Below are positions 50,401-62,700 of a DNA stretch of 64,000 bases, one piece after another; positions within the stretch are counted from its first letter, which is position 1, and every line of letters starts with the position of its first letter. Origin of the DNA: Chlorokybus atmophyticus. Taxonomy: Eukaryota; Plantae; Mesostigma and Chlorokybus algae. The stretch is from assembly GCA_009103225.1 (NCBI GenBank), contig RHPI01001737.1, positions 1 through 64,000 of the forward strand, given 5' to 3'. Below the pieces are notes generated by a model that had not been told where the DNA came from, made no database searches, and worked only from the letters and a program-made list of their open reading frames with translations. Made by a program: the position numbers and the translations under genes.

Positions 50401-51142
50401 CTTGGCTGCTACAATCGGTTTCCAACAGCAGACCAGACCATTGCGTCGCGCATGCACTTGACTACCACATACTTCCGCAAAACACTCACCCTGATCGGTA
50501 CCCACTGCGCACACACGTACCGAGCCGACATTCGCACACTTTACGGCTTTGTAAATGGAGGTTCGCAGCCTTTCTACCCCTGCAGCATTCACTTCTATTG
50601 CTGAGTTGTGCGCATGCTTCCTTCAGATTTTGTATCTGAATGGCATCCAAGCGTTGCGCGTCAACATGCCCGCCAACAGCGACAACAACACGTTCGCGCT
50701 GAAGCCCGGAAGCGGCGACACCTTCGTGTCGTACACTCTCGCAGCGGGCCTCATCAAAGCTGATGGTCCTCAGGTATGTGTTATTCTCATCTTTCCGCTG
50801 TTGAGTTTCATCACATGCACAGAACAATCATGGTACATACGTACCTGTGGCAGGTGTTGTGCATATGTGGCAGGATGTGCTGTATATAGCATGAGACATT
50901 CCCATGGTATCATTATAGACATACAAATGCGTGTGCTGCAGGTTACAGATTACAGTCATGTGGAACTACGCCTTGTCTACATTGGGGACAAGGTGAGAAG
51001 CATTCTTTGTCTGCATTGGCCAGTCGGCGTTGGGAACGACAAGTTGCTTGCCGTCCTCCGGTTACTTGTGCTGTGCAACCGTGCAGTGCATCTTGGGGCG
51101 CACTGAATGCGTTGACCGACCAACAACATGCGCATGCTAGCT
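47478..51142 (+). pseudogene. 3' part of the mosaic gene: heparinase II/III-like C-terminal half, MopE-type Cys motif, two bacterial-type beta-sandwich domains
   Basis: YLANTG..SSLETALGTDFG..ISPVGLNANFA; HQ|HLDLGSVTF..IDLGSDNYNIPNYF..YRARTEGHNTL; LFIQDEI; VVPLARW; EICDDGIDNYCDG; VWLNGVKLVRLNMP..PGTNRLAVEMH; TTYFRK..ILYLNGIQALRVNMP. Frameshifts at ~48245, ~48695 and ~49540; TAG at 49736-49738. Confidence 0.75.
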
Positions 51143-53917
51143 AGGTGAGCAGCAGCCTCTTTTGATTCTGGAGCATTCTGCACAGCAGTAGCATATTACC
51201 ATTTTTGCTAGGGGAGTGGGAGCAGTTGTTGCGCGAGTGCAAGGACTTGTGTGCGACGAGGCGTGCACTGCAGCAGCCGCCTGCAGTTGCGGATGACCCG
51301 ACGGCGGCCGCTCTGCGACAAGCTGAGCGCTTGGGGCAGGCTGGCGAGTTGCGGCGTGCGTGTGCATCTTTGATGCCGGCAGCACCAGCACCACCATCCG
51401 CAGCGACATGCTCGAAGCTGCGTCGTTTGCATCCCCTGCCATCTTCTCCGATGCCTGAGTGGGTGGCAGACTTTGCACCAGAGGCGCAGCTGCGGTTCGA
51501 TGAGACCACATTCCGCACGTCCCTGGCCACAGCACCGCGGTGGAGCGCAGGGGGCCCTCGTGGTTGGTCGTACGATCATCTGTGTCAGTTGTTTTTAGAT
51601 GGCGGTGGTGGCCACACTTCGGCGTTACTGTCCTTGCATCACATATGCGCCGTGCTAGCGGGGGAGCGTATTCCAGGCCGTGTGGCGACTGCTTTGTCCA
51701 TCTGCACTTTGATCGCTCTGGAGAAGCCTACAGGTGGCGTGCATCCGATCATGATGGGGGACATCTTGCGGCGCCTGACAGCACGGACACTCTTGTCGTT
51801 GGTGCGCGACACTGCTGCGACACACTTTGAGCCATGGTAGTATGGAGTTGCCACACGCGGTGGTGCTGAGATAGTGGCGCATGGCATACGCGCGGTGTTG
51901 GACACCCACCCTGAGCATGTGGTGCTGCAGTTGGAGATCGCCAACGCCTTCAACTCCGTCAACCGCGCAGCCATGTTTGAGGAGTTGCAGGCTGGCCCAT
52001 TCGCCCCTCTCATTCCCTTCGTACGATGCTTCTACAGCATTTCCTTGCTGCTGATGTACAGCGGGGACGACCGCATTGAGCGCATTATTTTCTCGACAGG
52101 CACTCGGCAAGGTGATCCTCTAGCCGGTCTACTGTACGCGCTCGTGCATACCCGCGTGGTTAGTGATGTCATTCCCACTACACCACGGTGTTGTCTCCAA
52201 TGTACGCCGATGACACATTCTTGATTGGCCCGGCTGAGGACATAGCGGCGGCAGCAGCAGAGTTGTGCGCTGCTCTGGAGCCAATGGGTCTGCATATGCA
52301 TTGGGACAAGTCGTGCGCTTTCAGCCGTTCAGAGTTTCCTAACGTCTTGCTAATGGAGGTGCGCACGAGTGTCGATGACTTCACTGCGTTGGGGGTGCCT
52401 TTAGGATCGGATGCCACCATTGCTGCTGCCTGCATTAATCGCTTAGACCAGGTGATGGCGGCGTTGCGCGTATTGCGGCACATGCGCAATCCGCAGATTG
52501 CCACTTTGCTGCTGACATGCTGCATTGCTGCTCATCCTGCCTACCTCATGCGGACTGTGGCCCCTTCATCAGCTTTTCGAGAGCAGCTGTCAGCATTCGA
52601 CAGGGCTCTGCTAGACTGCTTCGCCCACGTTATGCATATGGCGGACATTTCGGTGTCGCTCATCTTGCGCATACGTCAGCAGCTAGCATTGCCTTTTGAT
52701 GTGGGCGGCGTTGGCCTGCACGCTACGGCCGAGGTGGCGCCTGTCGTATTTGTTGGCAGTTGGGTGATGGCGGCGTCTGTGCTCATTCGTCGCTTTGCAT
52801 CAGTGGGGTCTACGCCCGATTCCGACCTTACTATTGCCACTATCACTACTTTCAGCCCTCAGACCACTCCCCCCTTGCGGCGAGCATTGCGTGATGCGGC
52901 TGCAAAGCTGACACCACACTTTGCACCAGAGTCCTTGGGTGCTTTCACGACGTCACAGAGCCTGCATCTGCAGCAGGACCTCACCACAGCCATTGACACC
53001 ACCGCTCGCGCTCAGCTACAGACAGAGTTGGCATTAATCTTTGTCGCGGACGCTGCTCGCTTGCAGTTGGCTTCGGGAGGAGGCGCAGGTGCTTATTTGA
53101 CTGCGATTCCTGCACGCCCTGTTCACCGCTTTTTAGACTCCAAGTTTTGCACTGCCATGCGTAACCTGCTTGGTTGGCCACACCCACTCCTGGCACACGT
53201 GCAGCTTTATTTATGTGGTTATCAGCTCACCAATGCCCGCGACGTGCATATGACATCTTATATGCGCCATGGCCATCGCATTATGACACACGATGCTGTG
53301 CGCGACGCTGTTGTTGGCATCATGCGGGAGGCGAGCTACCTCGTCCGTTGCGAGCAAACAGGGGTAGTGCCTGTCTGAGAGGGTGAGCGTCAGGGACTCG
53401 TATGGACATCGTTGCCTCAAAGTGATGTCGGGACTCGCGCATGTCGCTTGACGTCACCATCACCGGCAGCCACTTAGCGGGATCAGCTGCACAGAGTGCG
53501 GAGCGCGAGAAGCGCTTCAAGTACTTGGACCATTTCCCGACAGACACGCTGATGCCGTTGGCGATCAAGTCACACGGTTGGATGGGTCGCCCGCTAATGG
53601 GCTTGATGGCTACTTGTGCGCGGAGAGTGTTTGATGCTCTTCAATTGGAGACATGGTATCTACTACGCTTTGTGACTGCCTTCCGCCAGCGCATATCTGT
53701 CACGTTCCAGCGCGCGCAGGCCACAGCCATTATGGCTATAGCCGCAGCTGCAGTGCACGCAGCCCCTCCTTGCGTGTGCACGATAGACATCATGTAGCAC
53801 TTGAGGACATTGCTCGTGTACAGCCTATTGTATAGTTGTGTTTGAGTAGGGTAGCATTGGACACTGCACACCACAACCGCCAGTTGGCACCCGTGTAATG
53901 TATTTGTCATTACCAAA
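51143..53917 (+). mobile_element. 5'-truncated CRE-like non-LTR retrotransposon (RT + restriction-like endonuclease), degenerate
   Basis: AGGPRGWSYDHL, LIALEKPTGGVHPIMMGDILRRL, *YGVATRGGAE, LQLEIANAFNSVNR, GTRQGDPL, YADDT, LPFDVGGVGL, HDAVRD, LDVTIT..EREKRFKY..PLAIKSHG. Borders inferred from the empty site at ~29370; degenerate duplication CGCATGCTAGCT / CGCAATGCTTGGCT. Confidence 0.85.
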
Positions 53918-54329
53918 CGCAATGCTTGGCTTACGTCAGCAAGCATTGGGGAGAGTGGTTTGCCATGGTTAACCCGCAGCTGCAGCTATGCTGACCTACC
54001 TCATGCCTGCCTTGGAAAGCCAGGCAGTCGTATCAGCGATTGGTGATTGCTGCATCAGCTAGGGGGAGCCAAAGAGATTTCCATCAGCCGCCGCCACCGC
54101 CACCGCCACCGCCGCTTCCGCCGCCTCGCACCCAGCCATGCCAGTAGCTAGCCCCTCGTCTCTGACGCCGAGCTGCAGCACTAGCATTAGGAGGCGATGG
54201 ATCGCCCATTGCACTAGCCTCATGCGCGAGGTGCAGTGAGCTGCCGTCTGCTACAGCACCGACAACATTGACAACATCAACGACACCAAGCAGTAAGCTG
54301 ATAGATTGCCCTGGCCGCAGGGCTTTGCC

Positions 54330-55625
54330 AGGGCGGGGATGTCCAGCAGACTGAGAGACCCACCGCAAAGGGTCGCAAGAGAGATGTACTTTCGTGTGTC
54401 CAAAAGTGCGCTCCTCCAGTTGTCGTTACCTGCGACCTCGGGCGGTGTGGGACTTCGGCGTGTAATTGCTGTTGCACCGGCGGCATTCATAGGAGGCTGA
54501 AGGTTGGTGGCTAGTGTGATGCGTCGGCGCTTGGGGGTTGTGCGTGATGACGACCGTTTGGGAGGGCTGCTATTGACGATATTGCTGTGGGAGACTTGCC
54601 TATCCATCACGACCTTCGCCTCGCTGCATCCTTATTACCACTTGATGCATTGCAGCAGACAGCATTTGCGGCGTTGGCGACCTCACAGAGTAGACATCTC
54701 TAGCAGGACCTGACTTCATGCATCGATGCTAGTTCACGAGCGTCCTTCATCCTAGCCAGCAGCCACGGCGACGTGCACTGGCTGCAGTCGGCAGCGGGCA
54801 TTGGTGCAGGTGCTTGGTTGTTGGCAGTACCTGTTTGGGACGACTTGCGCATGTCCACTGCTCAGTATCGCACTGCAGTGCGTCACCTCTTGGCGTGCGC
54901 GTGTGGTCATCGGCTGTTGAGTGCGAGGGATGCTCACTTGTTCATGTGCATGCGTGACGGGTACCGCATAGCTACTTATGACGCTCTGCGCGACACCTTC
55001 GCTGCGATCTTACGGCAGGCAAGCTACGTTGTGAGATGTGAGGTGACAGGTGTGCTACCACTGTTGGAGCACGAGCAGCAAGGGAGGCGTATGGACACTG
55101 TGGCTTGTGAGTCAGGTAGCGACAGTCGCATATTGTTGGACGTGACAGTTACGGCCTGCTGGCCACGTCCGGGTGTGGGGGTAATAGCAGCGGAGCGCGA
55201 GAAGAAGGCCAAGTACCACGATCACGCCGATTCCGGCACATCAATCCCTGTAGCCATCGAAACTCATGGCTGGCTGGGAGCACCGGCTGTCGACCTGCTG
55301 TCCTTGTGCGCTCGACGAGTGGCTGATGCACGCGAGTTGGAGAGTTGCTTCATTCAGCGGTTGGTCGCCCAGTTTTGCCAGCGTGTTTCCGTCGTCCTGC
55401 AGCGCTCTCATCGCATCCGCTATCTTGGCTTTGGCGGCGGGTGCTGTACGGGCAGCCCCATCACGAGACGCCAGGCCAGCTCGCGATACGGCGTTAGAAG
55501 ATGTGGCGGGCATGACTTTATCGGACTTGGTGTAGCAGGCGGATGTACTGTGCCTATATCCGGTACTTGTATGTTGATGATTCTTGGACCCATGCTGTTT
55601 GTGCCCATGTAATGTATCGTTGTTT
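54330..55625 (+). mobile_element. Second, related CRE-like element: 3' fragment only
   Basis: QLSLPATSGGVGLR, AGAWLLAVP, CACGH..AHLFMC zinc motif, YDALRD, RMDT..LLDVTV..EREKKAKY..PVAIETHG. Ends with the same TGTAATGTAT motif as the first element. Confidence 0.8.
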
Positions 55626-58600
55626 CGTGCTGCTGCGGCGCAATGCCGAGTTGAAGCTTTGGCAAAGCTTCAATTCGCATGAGACTGCCGCTGTGTCTAC
55701 GCTGCTGCTGCACAAGGCACTGGCAGGAAATGATGCTGAACAGCTGGTTGACTTTTGCGTCAGTGCTTTGTGGTTCACTGCTGTGTTGGGACAGTGCAAA
55801 GCGAAGGGGGTTTATCATGCGCATTAAGGACGAGGAGCATGAGGAGGAGGAGCACCCGCTGTGGCTGGAGCTGTCTTTCCATGAAGCTGGCGGACATAGC
55901 ATGCAGCTGCAGGTGCCCCGCACCAACCAACTCGAGCATGAGACCGGCTAACAGTGTAACGGTTGACATTAACATGTTGGAAGCTGCATTGCACTAGCGT
56001 TGCAGCTTCCACAAGTCGTGGCTTGGTTACACGTCGTGCATGTGTGTTGATTGATTGAGCTCTCTGGCACTCCTACTTTGGTGCCACATCAAATGCAGTG
56101 CTGCATGGCATGCAGTACCAACCTGCCTGGTTTGGGCTCTGCAGTTAGTTACTAGTGCATTATCATGCTGGTGCATATCCTAGATGCTACTTACTCCTGG
56201 AAAGCACTAAGCGTGTATGCACATAGACGTTGATGCAGATTATGAGTCGCTTGAAAGGTAGATGACTACCTAGTCCAGACTTGCTCATGTTCTGTTGAAG
56301 GCATCATTTGGCAAGTGCTCAATTGCTGTTCGGTGGAAACATAAACAGTGAGTCAGGGCACAGTATGTTGTAGAAGCACACGACAACTTCAGGCATTACA
56401 GCCAAGTGCAAGTGAGTATTCTCGAGCGCATGTGGTTGACATGCGTGGCATGGTCTGATACGGTGTGTCGCGGGTGGTACATGTGCTCAGCAGCATTCTC
56501 TTTCCCCATCCATGCAGGACCGCGTGCGTACACACACTCACACGCACGCGCACACTTAAGCACACGCACATGTGAACTTGCACTCGCGCGCATGCACGTT
56601 CACATATGTGCATCTGTGCACGCATGTGCACGAACACATGCACGCACGCTGTTTGCATGTTGAAAACCAGGCACTGCTTGAGTTGAGTGTACACACCTTC
56701 AGTTTGTTGCTGGTTGTTATCCAACACGCAAAGCCGCCGCCTGCACCGTCACTTCTACTGAAGTGCTTGCTTTCTCTCCTCTTCCTTTTCCTCAACAACA
56801 CTCCTGTCCGTTGCAAGCAGACACATCCTCCCGCTCATGCTCTGATTCCGAGAGGGGCTCTGTTTTGCTATTTGTTGGCTTGGGCACGCTTGTGAGCGTG
56901 TGGGACAGCAGCTGCGTGCACAGAGTATTTCAATGCGCTGAGAAACTGTAACGCAGCAAGAGGTGTACTTCGCCTCCGAGAGGCTTTCTTGGTTTCCAAA
57001 CAAAGTGCCTTGAGTGGTGAGTGATGCGCCCTGCATGGATGCGAATGTGCACCTGCGCGAGTGTACATACGTGTGTACTTGGCACGCATGCACATGACTT
57101 CAAGTTTGCGCACATGCGCACGTGTTCCTTGGGGCAGTTACAACAAAACTGCAACATGCCTGAGGGCAGGCAAACGCAGACAATGGCCTAGCGGTTGTGA
57201 CACGAACCAAGCATCAACATTTTGCAACGACATCAGTACACAGTGGATGCCAACTTGAATCAAGCATCACCCGGGATAGTCAAAGCTAATACCACATACA
57301 GGCAATCGCACACCCGCACGCACCCACATGTGCACATAACTTGCAGTGTACAAATACGCACGCTGCAAACATGCGCAGACGTGCGCTTGCATACAGGTCT
57401 CCCCAACAACTACGCAGATGGCACGCAACACCATCCCCACAACAGCCACCACAACAGCCAGAATGGTCACGCCACAGAAAGGCAAGGGTGGACCCGACCA
57501 CCAGTAAAGCCCCCATGCGGAGCCCCCCTCCTCCGCTGAGTGCCAGAAAGCAAGCGCAGCAACCCTTGGCCTTCTACGCATCCGAGTCAGAGTGAAGCGC
57601 CACTTGCTGCTGAAGGTGAGAGTGATGATGAGGAGGATGAGGAGCAGGAGGGTCAAGGTGAGGAGTCACAAACAAGGCAGGGCAAGCCGCGAGCCCGTAT
57701 TCTCAAATGTCCAAGCATTGCAAGGACAGATAGAAACACGATGCGCTCATATACAGGTGCATGCGTGCGCGTACACGATCTCATGCACGCGAGTTGTAGC
57801 GATCTGTTGCACGCAAATTTGTGCATGTGTAGTGAGCAAGTACCATTGCTGCCAGCGGTGTGTGGAGGCGACGACGACACACGCGCAATCTAGTGCCTTC
57901 CGCACAGCCACGCAAAGATGTCGAGGAGTGTCCCCGCCGAGTCGGTGCGATGCGGGACAACAGACTCAACGCCTGGCGTGCCACAATGTGAGGCTGTGTG
58001 CGTGAGCCGCTTGCCGGGGGAGCAGCTGTATATATATACGGAACCTATGGCGCGTATGAGAAGGTTGTGCGTGCTCTGGACCGCGCCAAACGAGAGCGTG
58101 CCCTTGACTGGCAGCTTGCCCATCACACTGGACCGCACCCTTTTGCAGAGGCAAGGCCCGCGTTGAAGTGGAGGACAAACAGGGGGAGGATGGAACAGAG
58201 GCGATAGAGAAGGAGGTAGAAGAGTACGAGGACGACCAGGCATTGGCGGGTGAGCGCGATGAGGATGAAGTGGTGTAGAGAGAACGAGAGGGACTGAATA
58301 GTAGAGGAGAATAAGGCGCAGGTAGGTCTTCACCCAACGCCAAAGCACTTTGCCACGCACATCTACACGCATACGCAAGCATGTGTACATATAAGCGCAC
58401 ACAGACACACACACACTACTACCTCACGTACTTGTCACTGTTCCCTTCCAGCAGCCCCTTGTCTCCTGTCCATGTTGTGCCGACACCGAAAGGCAGCATC
58501 TACAACAGCTACCTGCCCTGGAGGGATTTCCTTGGACGACGAGCTCATTGGCCATTACGCCGACGCTGTCACCACTGCCAACGCCGCTGTCCACCTCACG

Positions 58601-59705
58601 CAGGTCAGAAGAACACGCATCATCTGCTACCGCACACGTTCAAACCTCTCTTCTCACTACACTGCACTTGCATGAGCAGAGTGTCTGTGCAGGAAGTACA
58701 TCCTCATCGGACACAGTTTCTACTGTATCAGTGACGTTTGGTCAAGGCACAGAGGGGGGGGGGTGGTGGCAGGCACTCAGCGAAGAGGTGGGTGTGATGC
58801 ACCGGCAAGACAAAAATCACCGCTGCATGGCTTACAGCCGCCCGCTGCCGTGATGAGGCTGCGCAGATGCCAGCAGACCAACAGAGGTGTCGAGCAATGT
58901 GGATGACATGTTATAGCCATTCACGCACACGCACATGCACACTGAGGCAGTTAACGAGTGTTGTACACAAAACGCTGTGCTATAATGCACCGTATTTTGG
59001 ATCTCAGCTGCATGCTGCACATTTGAACATTGCGACACTTGAAGCCAGAGGCCTAAGGGTTATCATCGGATGGTCAAGCGTAATGTTCTTCATAGCAGAC
59101 GCAGCAGCAAGTGTTGCTAAGTATGTCATGAACGGCTGGTGATGATGCCGGTGCTGCAAGTATGTTGCACACCACAACACTCCTCGGGCTTGCATAGCTT
59201 TGCAGGTGCAACCGGCTGGTTGACGACCTGTTCACGAGTGGTCAACGTGCATTACTGCAATCAAATACAAGCTGCAAATGTCATCACAGCATCAGCAAGT
59301 GTTACAATGATGCACGTTGCACTGCACTGCACAACACTAGAGTGTCGGTATAGGATACTGACATGACACTGCAGCAAGCACACGCACACCCTCTCCGCTG
59401 CAGCATGGTCACAACAGTTGTCAACCGTCCAATCATACACTAGTTGCATGGAAAACAATTACACTGGAGCACACCAACCATTGTACCATCTTTTTGAACC
59501 ACGCCAAACTTGTTTTGATGTACTTGCACTTCTATGGGCAGTCCGGCTATCACCATGTCAAACAGTGTATTATCAAGATCGGCTTGTTTATGTACACTAT
59601 GTACAAGAAGTGGACGTGAAAAATTGCCAGACCCTCTTCCTCCGTCAGTAACACTAACAAGTGGGAGCAAACTCCCGCAACACCGCGTACAACTGCCAAC
59701 TTAAG

Positions 59706-62700
59706 TCAGCAGTAATACATGGTCTCACGAATGTTCACTCCCACTTCAGGCAGCGGCGGGAACGCCTCGGCGCCAGCGCTACTTGCACTTGTGTTTACGA
59801 AAGCGCGTGAAGTGTATGTCCCGTACGCGCGTGCACGGAAGGCCGCAAGATGCGCGTAGTATGCTGGAGGAACAATGGACACCGAGCGCGTGGCGCGTGC
59901 GTACCTGAACACGTTTGTGGTTAGCATGAAATGAACAAAACAATTGGCAAACCTGGCACATTTGGTGCTTACGTGTAGCAGAGGTCGTATGTTAGTTGTT
60001 GGATGCCGTCTGCGGTGAAGTTGTTGTCGTCGTGCAGCACATAGTAGTGCGTTACACGCGATGTGCCCTACATTGCCCGCACAGAAAGGCTGTAATGTCT
60101 GCCAAGTTCTTGCGCCGCTTTATGCTAGTATGCTCACATGCACAGACCTGTAAGCCTTCGTGTGCGACCAGGTAGAAGTCATGCTCCCATGGAGAACAGA
60201 TGTGAGTGTCAACACATGTCCCTGCAAACAAACACAATGTTGAGTTGACGCAAGGCATGCTATGTCTTCATTGCCTGCTGACCCGACAGTAGTCTCGCTG
60301 ACATGCAGCCAGCAGAACCTACCAGGCAGAACATTGCCAGACTTTGTAGTGTCCTGATGGTCTTTAGCAAACAGCCTTGTGTGGTTTCTTTTCTGAACCA
60401 CAATGAAAGTGATTGGGGACACATTTCCAAGCGCTGCTTGGCACGCCTGTGTGGAAACAAATAACATTGTTTTGCTAACAACCACCAGCAGGCTGGACAT
60501 CACTCTGGCTAACAGATATGCAATACCTTACTGGCTTCGGAAACAATGCTAACATGCCAGCGTATGCAGTTGAGGTGTACAGATTGCATGAAACGCAGGT
60601 GGACTGACCTGTTGTATCTGTGTAAGCTCATGATACAACACTTCTTTGAACTGCCCCTCAGAAACGCCATCTCTGCCGTGCCATAGTGTTTTGGTTGCAC
60701 GAACAAGTCAGCTTGCAGTGTTGCAGACAATGACAGGGCAAGCAAGGAGCCAGTCGTCACATGGCCATGGACACTGCACGGACACTACACCAAAGCATGC
60801 ATTGCAACCAAGAACACCTTCCAGTGGAGGTAATGCTGGCGTAACATACCTGTAGAAAATGAGGCGCTCTGGCTTCAGGTTTTCCTTAGCCTGAAAAGCT
60901 TTGAGCAGCTCCACGATGATGCCTTCACGGCGAGGGATGCCATTGCTGACAGTTGTCGTGCACAACTCTGCGAAGCCCTCCTGCGACAGAATGGCACAAG
61001 CTTATCGCAACATGTGCAGTGGGCCATAGCACATGTTGCCATAAGCTGCACCGGGTGTAGACTTTGGCTTGCATTTCGATGTGTGCAAGACACAGTGGTG
61101 CTGTTAACTTGCATGCAACACGACTACACAGACTCTTTGATCAGTCACGGCGTCGCTTTTCCTGTAGACCAAAGTACCTTGCGGCGACGTTGTGCACGTG
61201 TCACTGAGCGGTAGCTTGTCACCAATGGCCAGTCCATGGAAGCGACGACCTAGACCAAAGGACACAATTCCTCAATGTGAACAGCTGACGCATATATCTG
61301 CACACTCAAAGCTGTTTTTACCCACCGATGCAATCGAAGGTCCTCCACCAAGCGGAGGAGGATGACTTACATCTCCACCAAAGACGATTGTCGGCATATC
61401 CCTATCAGACACCTTGGCAAGAGTTTTTCGCACTGCTGCGTGTAAGGCAACGTTGACGCCACCAATCTGTGCAAATCAAGCACCTCATCTGTGTGGGTGA
61501 GCAGTACATTTGTGATGAATGATACACGCATGATGTAAGGGCACTGATAGGTGTGATAGCTGCTTTGAGACGTACCTTGACATTGACCTTCAGCAACACA
61601 TTGGTCAGATACAGACTGAAGTACGGACTCGGTCGAGTGACCCACTTAGATGAAATGCACTGAGAAGGGATATCCAGCATTGTCTCGCACACCCTGTGAT
61701 GATGCAACACGCATAATGTCAGGACGCTGTTGCTGGCACTACTGTTACCTTAACATTGATCTTGAGTAACACAGTGGCCAAGTACAAATTGCAGAAATAC
61801 CGCTTGACATCGCCATACAAAGTGGCGTCCTTGCCGGTTGGCAACACGGCTACTACAAGGTCAGCTCTGCTGTTCCCTTTCTCTGCTGCATCAAGCGCCC
61901 TCCGTAATGCTGCCTCGAATGTGAGATTGCCAACAGGCAGCACAAGCACCGCTTTCGCTGCAACCTGTTATCGTTTCAAATAAGTGCTGTGCAGATTAGC
62001 GTGCACACACAGACAGCCAACACAGCTGTATTACCTCCATCTCTAGCTGTGATGCCGCAGCTGCCAACTGTTCGCCAAAGTTCTCCACTAGTGTTGCTTG
62101 TGTGGTGCGATCCACTACAATTGCAACCCAGTTTCTGACAGGCTTGCCGGGTTGAATCACTCCCTTGCCGAACATGCTCCAGCTACCAGGCTTTTGAGAG
62201 ACCTGGCTGTGACTGTACTGCAGCTGAGGAGGACGCAACACGCGAGCGTTGACCTCCAGCATGTTTGGGTTTACATATACGCCAAACTGCCGCGTGTATC
62301 GGTCTGTTTCAAACCGACACTCTCGCACTGTCCTGTCTATGTCTTGCTTGCGCTGGTCTGGTCTCTGCTTCTGCACTTTGAGCATCTCGGCAACCTGCGC
62401 ATACAAGTCCGCTTTGACTAAATCTCCCTTAAGACAAGTTGAAGCACAGCAAATGCTTAGCATGAAGGCTGAGTTGCAGGTCTACAAACTCAATGTCAAT
62501 CACCTGTCTGGCAGACAGTCTGCCAATATGGCGTTGACCAGCCACGACTTTCAAAACCTGCAAGGGGTACAAGTTGCACCACATGAGCAACCGACCTCAT
62601 CGCGAGTGTGTGCGCGCGCGCGCACGTGCGTTTGTGTGTGTGATTTGGCATGTGCACACGATATCACCTCAAGCGGATAGTATTGTGGATTGGCATTGAG

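Noticed and set aside
55648-55676. 13-bp hairpin GAGTTGAAGCTTT-GGC-AAAGCTTCAATTC as a miRNA precursor
   Set aside because: The stem is too short and there is no expression evidence.
56389-57157. Minus-strand ORF fragments (EEKEEERKQ, LDNNQQQTEG) as a gene
   Set aside because: Interleaved with CA/TG-rich low-complexity sequence, with no recognisable family or consistent model.
57830-58005. Possible SBP-domain or hAT dimerisation-domain similarity (KYHCCQRC, RLACHNVR, QLYIY)
   Set aside because: Only isolated short matches in different frames; the Cys/His spacing does not fit.
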